Assembly: GCF_025210595.1 (NCBI RefSeq)
Contig: NZ_JAOARH010000048.1
Location: 612-64,611 of the forward strand
DNA from: Winogradskyella sp.
Lineage (GTDB): Bacteria > Bacteroidota > Bacteroidia > Flavobacteriales > Flavobacteriaceae
Reading direction: 5' to 3'
Length of the DNA: 64,000 bases
Below the pieces are notes generated by a model. That model was given only the letters and a program-made list of their open reading frames with translations. It made no database searches and was not told the origin of the DNA. Numbering within the stretch: the stretch's first letter is position 1; every line of letters begins with the position of its first letter. This document shows positions 56,531 to 64,000 of this stretch, piece after piece. Position numbers and translations under genes: made by a program.

Positions 56531-56950
56531 TTAATCTCTAAAACGTTCCCATTTTATTAGCATGAACTTGTCACCCAGCTCTGTAACTAATGTACCTGCA
56601 CCAGAGAGATTTTCTGCATTAGAAAAAAATGCCGAAAGCTCATCTGCATTAAGTATTTTATAGGTAGGATGGTATTTTGAATTGTACGGTCTTTTAATAT
56701 TGTATTTCTTAACCCAATTCATAATACTCACATGCGAGATTCCTAAAATCCGTTCAATCTCTCGATATGTTAAACCCTCTAAATAAAGTTGCAAGGCCTT
56801 ATTAACGTAATAGTCGTCAATCTTTTTACCAAGCTTATTTACTGTAAAGTAATAATTGCAAGATTTGCACCTATAACGCTGCCTCTTATTAACAATTCCG
56901 CTCTTTACATAATTATCTGAATTACAGTTTGGACAAAGATCAATTTTCAT
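56531..56950 (-). CDS. orphan IS1 InsA-like protein (zinc ribbon + HTH) without a transposase catalytic partner
   Basis: CPNCNSDNYVKSG...YRCKSCNYYF zinc ribbon and LTYREIERILGISHVSIMNWVKKY HTH. There is no InsB-like ORF and no terminal inverted repeats nearby. Confidence 0.6.
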   Translation of the reverse strand: MKIDLCPNCNSDNYVKSGIVNKRQRYRCKSCNYYFTVNKLGKKIDDYYVNKALQLYLEGLTYREIERILGISHVSIMNWVKKYNIKRPYNSKYHPTYKILNADELSAFFSNAENLSGAGTLVTELGDKFMLIKWERFRD

Positions 56951-57236
56951 ATATATTAATTTAGCATAAATATATCAATTTAGCAATAAACTACACAAAA
57001 CAATTTCACTTGTTTTAATAATCCTTCAGCTTTTAACAAAAAACAATATGTATTTACCAACATTAAGAGCATAATACTATCAATAAAGCAAATACTAGAA
57101 AATCACTTTTCAAATTAAATTAACAAGTAAAAAATATAATTACGGAACTAAAGAATGATTTTTAAAATGACGTCTTACTTAAGTAATTTTAGCAATAACA
57201 CTACAGAAACAATCACAGTAAGAGAATACCAATACA

Positions 57237-58031
57237 CTAAAATTTGCTTTTTTCTTTAATGAGCTGATTGGTTAGTTTCTTGTAGTCTTCATCTATAGCT
57301 ACATTTTTGTATACAAATTGTTTCTTATTATTTGTTCTCTTCCAGCTATATTTAGGGCAAGATAATTCACCTAATAAAGATTCAATATAAGGCAGTTTCC
57401 CTTGTATGTCTTCTATGTGCATATAAGCAACATTGCTAAGCTGACTTGTTTTCTCTGTAAAATCAAAATAAAACTCAATTAGTTTATTTATAATAAATTG
57501 ATTGGTTTTACTATCAACTTCAAAATTAAACTGACGTAGATCTACGCCTAATTTACCTTTAAAAAAACACTCATGTACAATATCAAAATCTAATTCATTA
57601 GGTTTATTCCAATAATTAATAACCGATGTAATCCATGACGAAGGAGATCTTAAAATACAGATATAATTTAGGTGTTTAGCAATATCATTTTTAGAAAGTT
57701 CTTCAACATAAGCACTCCACAAACCTGAACATTCTAATTTAAGGCTTAAATAGTTGAGTCGCTTTACAAAAAAGCGATCAAAATCCTTATCGAGATACTT
57801 ATACGACGTAAAACTTATTGGTTCGTGCTTAGAAATTTCAGGATTAAAATTACTAGATAGATATGTAGTTCCGGTTTTATACGGCGAAATACAATATACA
57901 GTCCTTTGGGTTATTGAGTTGACGCTCTGTCTTTTTATTTTTAAAACTATTAATTGCCTTTCAATAACTCTAATTTGCTTTGCAAAAGGTGTTTTTAGAA
58001 GAAAGAATTTCAATTTATCCATTGTTGGCAT
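57237..58031 (-). CDS. sulfotransferase-like protein
   Basis: SPYKTGTTYLS resembles the PAPS 5'-phosphosulfate loop, and ILRSPSSWITSV resembles the 3'-phosphate motif. The gene and its flanks are very AT-rich. Confidence 0.5.
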   Translation of the reverse strand: MPTMDKLKFFLLKTPFAKQIRVIERQLIVLKIKRQSVNSITQRTVYCISPYKTGTTYLSSNFNPEISKHEPISFTSYKYLDKDFDRFFVKRLNYLSLKLECSGLWSAYVEELSKNDIAKHLNYICILRSPSSWITSVINYWNKPNELDFDIVHECFFKGKLGVDLRQFNFEVDSKTNQFIINKLIEFYFDFTEKTSQLSNVAYMHIEDIQGKLPYIESLLGELSCPKYSWKRTNNKKQFVYKNVAIDEDYKKLTNQLIKEKSKF

Positions 58032-58374
58032 TAGTGATAAAAATTAAAAAAGTTTTATATAGCTCTATATGGTTCTTTCACGATTTCAAAAATAGAATAT
58101 TTCCTTATAAAGGTTAGAAAAACCTTAAATTATATTAATTATTTTATTAAACAACATCAATAATTCACATGGAAAAAAATGATATAAATACCAAGTCTTA
58201 AATGCAATTTATTCTTAATAACTTTTTCTATTTATACATTAATCTGTTCATTTTGATTATATAATATCGTTCTAGTACTTTATTTTTTTATCATATATTT
58301 AGATACACAAAAATTAAACCCAGATGCACAACTGTAAATAGCCATACATTACCCACAATACTAAAACTACAAAT

Positions 58375-59067
58375 ATGAATAGAATTTTTACTCCGATTTT
58401 TTGTTTAATTACTGCTCTGGGATTTTCACAAACAAAAGAAATTCAAATTGAATTTATTGGTAATTGTGGATTACATATGACTGACGGAAACACAAATTTC
58501 TATATTGATTTTCCATATAAATCTGGTGCTCATGGATATATGGAATTCAACAAGTCTGAATTAGATAGTATTAAAGAAAATTCTATTTTTATTTTCACAC
58601 ATAAACACTCAGACCATTACTCTAAAAAGAACCTTAAAAAAGTAATTAAAAACAAAGGAGGACAAACTTATGGTGTTTCAAATATCTCGGAATTAGAGAA
58701 GTTAGGTAAATCTATTGAGAATTTTGAAATAAAAGCATTTAAAACCGACCATACTGTATTTGGAATTCCATTTCGCCATTACTCTTATTTAATAACCTGG
58801 CACAATAAAAAAATCTATTTATCAGGAGATACTACCGAACCTGAAACCATAGGTAAAATAGAAAAAATTGATTTAGCTTTTGTTCCATATTGGATTTTAA
58901 AAAACGCTAAAGAGCAAAATATTACAATTGATGCAAAAATGTTTGCTATTTATCATTTATATCCTGAACAAATACCAAGTGCAAAAGAAAATTGGGATAA
59001 CGTTGAGAATATAAAACCAATGATTGAGCAGGGAGAAAAAATAACAATTGAATTAGAAGCTAAATAA
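58375..59067 (+). CDS. secreted MBL-fold metallo-hydrolase
   Basis: Signal peptide, plus FTHKHSDHYS (HxHxDH) and later His/Asp ligands (KTDH, SGDT). Confidence 0.65.
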   Translation: MNRIFTPIFCLITALGFSQTKEIQIEFIGNCGLHMTDGNTNFYIDFPYKSGAHGYMEFNKSELDSIKENSIFIFTHKHSDHYSKKNLKKVIKNKGGQTYGVSNISELEKLGKSIENFEIKAFKTDHTVFGIPFRHYSYLITWHNKKIYLSGDTTEPETIGKIEKIDLAFVPYWILKNAKEQNITIDAKMFAIYHLYPEQIPSAKENWDNVENIKPMIEQGEKITIELEAK

Positions 59068-59247
59068 AATACTGTGAGCAAGACCCAGCATAGTTGTATA
59101 ATTTACTTCGACTGAACTCTTAATCAGACTCAATGCTTTCACTGTCTTTTGGTTACTTCAAAAAGCACATAATTATTTACTACTTCTCATCTATTTACCA
59201 AATTTGCAACTCAAAAAAACACTATCTTGCATAAAAGCTAAAATAAA

Positions 59248-59619
59248 ATGAGTAAGACTGACACAAGCCACCACGATGAACGCATTGCTAATATGACTTT
59301 TGCTTCTGTATATCCGCACTACATAACCAAAGTAGAAAAAAAAGATAGAACTAAAGAAGAATTACATGAAGTTATAGAGTGGCTTACAGGCTATAATGAA
59401 GAAAAAATAAACGAAATTATTGAACAAAAAGTCAACTTTAAAGACTTTTTTAATAATGCCAACCTCAACGAAAATGCACATCTTATTAAAGGTGTTATTT
59501 GTGGTTATAGAGTTGAGGATATTACCAATACTACTACACAACAATGCAGATACTTAGATAAGCTTATTGATGAACTTGCTAAAGGTCGTAAAATGGAAAA
59601 AATTCTACGCAAGCCTTAA
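59248..59619 (+). CDS. DUF2200 family protein
   Basis: RIANMTFASVYPHYITKVEKKDRTKEEL..VIEWLTGY is the typical conserved N-terminus; 123 aa. Confidence 0.7.
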   Translation: MSKTDTSHHDERIANMTFASVYPHYITKVEKKDRTKEELHEVIEWLTGYNEEKINEIIEQKVNFKDFFNNANLNENAHLIKGVICGYRVEDITNTTTQQCRYLDKLIDELAKGRKMEKILRKP

Positions 59620-59635
59620 TTCTTATTATTTAATA

Positions 59636-59987
59636 ATGCCTAAAACGTTATATCGTATATACGTTGTTGAATTATCTAAATGTGTTTTTTCCGAGAATAC
59701 TAAATTTAGAACAGCTAACCCACAATACAATGGTGTCTTAGAGTGCCTTTACGTTGGTATGACAAGTAAAACTCCTAAAGAACGCTTTACAACAACACAA
59801 AACAGGCTATAGAACTAAAAAAGGATATAAAATAGCTTCAAATATTGTTGAAAAATATGGTTTATATTTAAGACCTAGTCTTTATAACCACATCGACCCA
59901 TTTTTAACTAGAATAGAAGCTGAAATTGCAGAAAAAGAAATTGCTTTAGAACTTCGTAGAGCGCAATATGCAGTTTGGTTTAATTAG
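59636..59987 (+). pseudogene. GIY-YIG-like small protein gene disrupted by a +1 frameshift near 59789
   Basis: Frame A reads MPKTLYRIYVVELSK...CLYVGMTSKTPKERF and stops at 59810-59812. Frame B is open from 59763 and reads QQHKTGYRTKKGYKIASNIVEKYGLYLRPSLYNH...LRRAQYAVWFN, with its stop at 59985-59987. Confidence 0.6.
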
Positions 59988-61119
59988 CTACTAAAAACTT
60001 ATCTAAAGTTTCTTCATAAATAGCTTCATACTTAGGCACAATATTATGTATATCAAAGTTTTTAGATTGTGCTTTTGCATTAGCTTTAAAAGTATTTAGT
60101 GTTTCTAAATTCTTTAAAATCTTAATGGCATTTGCAGACATGTCTGCCACAGCATTAACATCACTCAAATAACCTGAGTAACCATCTATATTAACTTCTG
60201 GCAAACCACCTGTATTTGTTGATATTACAGGTACACTACTTGCCATAGCTTCTAGAGCTGCTAAACCAAAACTTTCGGTTTGAGATGGCAATAAAAATAA
60301 GTCACTAAAACAGAGAATTCTATCTATTTCATTACTGTTTCCAAAGAAAATTACTTTATCGCTAATACCTAATTCTTCAGCTAAGAGCTCTGCACCTTCT
60401 TTTTCTGGTCCTTCTCCTACCATCATTAGTTTTGCTGGTAATTCTTTTTGAATGTTATAAAAAACCTTAATAACATCAGGAATTTGTTTTACTTCGCGCA
60501 TGTTACTAATATGCGTTACAATACGCTCATGATCCTCTGCCATCATAGCACGCTGGCAGTCTGTAAAACTACTAACATGCTTTTCTAAATCTATAAAATT
60601 AGGCACTACTTCAATATCTTTTTTAATATTAAAAAGACGTAAAGTATCTTTTTTAAGACTTTCGGACACAGAAGTAACTGCGTCTGATTTGTTAATACTA
60701 AAGGTTACTGCTGGCTTATAAAATGGATGGCTACCAACTAAGGTTATATCTGTTCCATGTAATGTAGTGACTATTGGTACCTGAATACCTTCATCTAATA
60801 ACATTTGCTGAGCCATATAGGCTGCATATGCATGTGGAATTGCATAATGCACATGCAAAATTTGAATACCATGCAACTTAACCATATCTACTAATTTACT
60901 CGATAAGGCTAATTCATATGGTTGATAATGAAATAAAGAATATTCTGGCACATGTACTTCGTGAAAATGTACATTGTTACTCAATAACTCTAGTCTTACA
61001 GGTTGACTATAGGTTATAAAATGAATTTCGTGACCTCTCTTAGAAAGTTCTAATCCTAACTCTGTTGCCACTACTCCACTACCTCCAAAGGTTGGATAAC
61101 ATACAATACCTATTTTCAT
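59980..61119 (-). CDS. bshA: N-acetyl-alpha-D-glucosaminyl L-malate synthase (bacillithiol biosynthesis glycosyltransferase)
   Basis: MKIGIVCYPTFGGSGVVATELG..L..RGHEIHFI is the characteristic N-terminus, with a GT4 C-terminal E..FGLAALEAMA motif. Confidence 0.8.
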   Translation of the reverse strand: MKIGIVCYPTFGGSGVVATELGLELSKRGHEIHFITYSQPVRLELLSNNVHFHEVHVPEYSLFHYQPYELALSSKLVDMVKLHGIQILHVHYAIPHAYAAYMAQQMLLDEGIQVPIVTTLHGTDITLVGSHPFYKPAVTFSINKSDAVTSVSESLKKDTLRLFNIKKDIEVVPNFIDLEKHVSSFTDCQRAMMAEDHERIVTHISNMREVKQIPDVIKVFYNIQKELPAKLMMVGEGPEKEGAELLAEELGISDKVIFFGNSNEIDRILCFSDLFLLPSQTESFGLAALEAMASSVPVISTNTGGLPEVNIDGYSGYLSDVNAVADMSANAIKILKNLETLNTFKANAKAQSKNFDIHNIVPKYEAIYEETLDKFLVAN

Positions 61120-61283
61120 CTAAAAAGTTATACGTGTTTAAATAATTGCTTAAAATCAATACATATATAAAGTCTTAGGTTTTTGCAAATCCTTACAACT
61201 TCATTTAAAGTATAAAGTTAGATGTTTTGTATAACTGAATGGCAACTTTAAGTACTTTTTAACTTATAGTTATTAGCACATAA

Positions 61284-64000
61284 CTATTCAATAATAGCTT
61301 CATAAATTAGACGTTGTATCTCGGTGCGAATATTTTCTCTAAGCAATAAGTTTTTACCAGCTTCTGGATAGGTTCTGTTAGCTAAAAACACATATACAAT
61401 CTCCTCTTCTGGATCTGCCCAAGCGTAAGTACCTGTAAAGCCAGAATGACCAAAACTAGTCATAGATATGCATCCGCAAGTTGGGCCTTCATCACCTAAT
61501 TGTGGTTTATCAAAACCTATACCTCTTCTATTATCACTTTCGCAATAATAACAGGTATTAAACTTATCTATAGTTTCTGATTCTATATAACGTTTGCCAC
61601 CATAAAATCCTTTCTGCAAATACATTTGCATAATCTTAGCCACATCATTTGCATTGCTAAAAACACCTGCATGACCACCAACTCCACCTTGCATTGCAGC
61701 TCCCATATCGTGTACAAAACCATGTACTTTTTTATAGCGATAGTAATTATCTACCTCTGTAGGCACAATATCTTTTAGACTAAACTTTTTTCTAGGATTA
61801 TAGGTTGTGTAATTTGCACCAAGAGATCTGTAATAACGGTCTTGCGTAATTTCATCTAAAGATTTGTCGTAAAATCCTTCCAGATAATCTTTAAGTATAT
61901 AATATGGCAAATCACTGTAACGGTAACGTAAGCGAGACAACAACTCACTTTCTTTAATAATTTCTTGAATTGAATCTTTATAGTCATTACGCAAATAAAG
62001 TGTATTAGTAACTTCTATATTAAATTCTTTTTCTCTTTTATTTCTATAATACTTTGGATCTGGTTTTTTGGTAACCGTATCTAAAGTGGCATAATAAAAA
62101 GGTATCCAAGGTTTTAATTGTGCATAATGCGATAACATCTTTTTTAAAGTAATGTTTTTCTTGTTAGAATTTTTATATTCAGGTAGTAATGCTCCTAATT
62201 TAGAATTTAAAGATACAGAGCCTTGTTGCTCTAGTTCCATAAGAATAGGTAATGTTGCCAATATTTTGGTAAGTGATGCCACATCATAGACATCATCAAA
62301 ATCTACTTTACTCTTTTTTGAATAGGTATGATAACCAAAATTCTTGTTATAAATCACCTTTCCTTTTCTAGCTACTAAAAGCTGAATGCCTGGTGTCATT
62401 TTTTGATTGACTGCATGATTTGCTACTGAATCTATTCTACTTAATAATTCAGAATCCATACCTACACGCTCTGGCAAACCATAACTTAAGTTAGATAAGG
62501 CATTGTAGGTTTCGCCTGTTGCGACAGGAAAAAACTCGCCAGCACTAACGGGTAATTTGCCTTTAGCGTCAATAGCACCAAAAATAAGCTGTGCTGATTT
62601 TTCTTGAGCTATATTACTATTTTGATAGCTCATTACGATACCTTCTATGTTTTCAATAGAACGTATATCATTTAAAGCATAAGGTCTTGCAAAGACATCC
62701 AGAATCACTGTATTATTTCTTGCTATTTCATATAACCAAGCTAATTCTTTTTGTGTAAACTCATAATCTTTCCAAGGGTTGTCATTAGATTTATGAAAAC
62801 CAATAATTACAGTATTGTAATTCTGTAATTTTGAAATTATACCATCAAGTTTTTCGGCTTTAATGTGATGTACCTTAGTGTATTTCATTAATTCCTTATA
62901 AAAAGGTGAGCCATTATCATCACCTAATTCAACATAAGCTATAGTCTTTGTTTGCAAATTACGAAGTGGTAATAAGTTGTTCTTGTTTTTTACAACGGTT
63001 ATAGCATTTTCCATAAGGTTTTCGTAAAGCACATCATCTTTAACTCTATTGAGATCTTTATCTAGATTATACAATCCTACAGGCGAATAGTTGTTTAAAC
63101 CAACCTTATACTTAGCCATAAGTATTTTCTTAACGGAATGAGACAGACGCTCTTCGTTTATTTTTTTGTCTTCATAAGCTTCTATAATTTTCTCAATGCC
63201 TTTTTCAGGGTCTTCTGACATGAGTAGTACATCATTTCCTGCTAAAAACGCCATTAAATCAATTTCTCCACCCTTGGAAAATGTACCAGATGTAATGCCA
63301 TCTACATTTTTTTCTATATAATCTGCAGCACCTTTCATGGTTAGTGCATCTGTAAAAATTAAACCTTTAAACCCTAAATCTCCTTTAAGAATATCTGTAA
63401 CAATATGCTTAGATAATGATGAAGGAAATCCTCTTCGGGATTCTAGACTAGGAATATTAAGATGTGCCACCATAACGCTTGATAGTCCGTCTTGTATTAA
63501 CTTTCTATAAGGATACAGTTCTATAGAATCTATACGCTTTTGACTAAACGAAACTGTTGGTAAGGTTTTATGAGAGTCATCCTCGGTATCTCCATGGCCA
63601 GGAAAATGCTTTGCGTTGGCGAGTACACCAGCACTTTGCATTCCGTTCATAAAGGCTAATCCTTTAGCGGTTACATTATCTCTATCTTCACCAAAAGATC
63701 TGTTACCAATAATTGGATTCTTTGGGTTGGTATTAATATCTACTACTGGTGCAAAATTAAAGTGTACTCCTACTCGCTTACAATGCTCGCCTATTTGCCT
63801 CCCAGTTTGTTCTACCAAGCTATCATCTGCTATTGCGCCTAGGGTCATATTCCAAGGAAAAGCATAAGTGGAATCTAAACGCATACTTAATCCCCATTCT
63901 GCATCCATACCTACTAATAGTGGAATTTTAGAGGCTGCTTGCAACTGGTTATTTAATCTGGCTTGCCTATAGGGGCCTCCTGTAGAATATATAACTCCAC
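61284..64000 (-). CDS. GH3 beta-N-acetylglucosaminidase domain fused to a beta-lactamase/serine-hydrolase domain (N-terminus beyond the window end)
   Basis: GH3 motifs (KHFPGHGDT, FTDAL.M) and a C-terminal SxxK serine hydrolase (DVASLTK). The reading frame stays open upstream of the track start through 64000 (..GVIYSTGGPYRQARLNNQLQAASKIPLL). Confidence 0.8.
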   Translation of the reverse strand, partial: GVIYSTGGPYRQARLNNQLQAASKIPLLVGMDAEWGLSMRLDSTYAFPWNMTLGAIADDSLVEQTGRQIGEHCKRVGVHFNFAPVVDINTNPKNPIIGNRSFGEDRDNVTAKGLAFMNGMQSAGVLANAKHFPGHGDTEDDSHKTLPTVSFSQKRIDSIELYPYRKLIQDGLSSVMVAHLNIPSLESRRGFPSSLSKHIVTDILKGDLGFKGLIFTDALTMKGAADYIEKNVDGITSGTFSKGGEIDLMAFLAGNDVLLMSEDPEKGIEKIIEAYEDKKINEERLSHSVKKILMAKYKVGLNNYSPVGLYNLDKDLNRVKDDVLYENLMENAITVVKNKNNLLPLRNLQTKTIAYVELGDDNGSPFYKELMKYTKVHHIKAEKLDGIISKLQNYNTVIIGFHKSNDNPWKDYEFTQKELAWLYEIARNNTVILDVFARPYALNDIRSIENIEGIVMSYQNSNIAQEKSAQLIFGAIDAKGKLPVSAGEFFPVATGETYNALSNLSYGLPERVGMDSELLSRIDSVANHAVNQKMTPGIQLLVARKGKVIYNKNFGYHTYSKKSKVDFDDVYDVASLTKILATLPILMELEQQGSVSLNSKLGALLPEYKNSNKKNITLKKMLSHYAQLKPWIPFYYATLDTVTKKPDPKYYRNKREKEFNIEVTNTLYLRNDYKDSIQEIIKESELLSRLRYRYSDLPYYILKDYLEGFYDKSLDEITQDRYYRSLGANYTTYNPRKKFSLKDIVPTEVDNYYRYKKVHGFVHDMGAAMQGGVGGHAGVFSNANDVAKIMQMYLQKGFYGGKRYIESETIDKFNTCYYCESDNRRGIGFDKPQLGDEGPTCGCISMTSFGHSGFTGTYAWADPEEEIVYVFLANRTYPEAGKNLLLRENIRTEIQRLIYEAIIE

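Noticed and set aside
57754-58047. 97-aa plus-strand ORF
   Set aside because: It is antisense to the 5' part of the sulfotransferase-like gene in very AT-rich DNA and has no independent support.
59567-59635. Upstream extension (MMNLLKVVKWKKFYASLNSYYLI) of the GIY-YIG-like frame
   Set aside because: It overlaps the 3' end of the DUF2200 gene in another frame. The Met at 59636 gives the conserved-looking MPKTLYRIYV start.
1-64000. CRISPR arrays, tRNA, rRNA, tmRNA or other canonical RNA genes
   Set aside because: I found no regularly spaced direct repeats. I also found no tRNA T-arm/acceptor-like strings (GGTTCGAATCC type) and no rRNA-like conserved blocks. Scanning was by eye only, so a short ncRNA could have been missed.

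Overview
This is a low-GC chromosomal segment with Flavobacteriia (Bacteroidota) hallmarks: TAnnTTTG -7 promoter boxes, a T9SS C-terminal sorting domain, bshA, and DUF4834/DUF3667/YfhO genes. I saw no rRNA, tRNA or CRISPR array. All product calls come from reading the translated ORFs for motifs; no database search was run.

Coordinates 1-25,000 are mostly housekeeping. They hold an MBL hydrolase fragment, bcp, a cysteine-free nth, an ECF sigma factor, uvrA, a YfhO/GT4/flippase envelope operon, an SPT/Kbl-like plus CBS-like PLP enzyme pair, ptrB, ybaB and ltaE.

Coordinates 8.6-11 kb hold two paralogous signal-peptide proteins built from short YD-like repeats. Each is preceded by a TTGGCAC-N5-TTG (sigma-54-like) box. 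The second carries a roughly 200-residue Arg/Thr/Ser tail.

Coordinates 25-28 kb hold an orphan ATP-grasp gene and a Cys-rich lipoprotein with thioester-domain-like motifs that ends in WCWWW. prfB follows, with its classical CTT TGA C +1 frameshift.

Coordinates 33-56 kb form a large acetate/C2-utilisation supercluster. It contains a DUF294 nucleotidyltransferase and exonuclease pair, aceA-aceB, and a divergent RamB-like regulator with a periodic TTCGCWAA array. It also contains acs, a prpE-like ligase, a symporter-domain sensor kinase with a coupled DUF3311-like mini-subunit and a receiver-only regulator, a DUF4212 plus Na+/solute symporter pair, and a porin. A TPR plus degenerate-metallophosphoesterase (T9SS cargo) pair interrupts this supercluster and is bracketed by two 30/33-identical terminator hairpins.

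Coordinates 56.5-60 kb are an AT-rich accessory stretch. They hold an orphan InsA-like gene, a sulfotransferase-like gene, an MBL hydrolase, a DUF2200 gene and a frameshifted GIY-YIG-like gene.

The window ends with bshA and a truncated GH3/beta-lactamase fusion.
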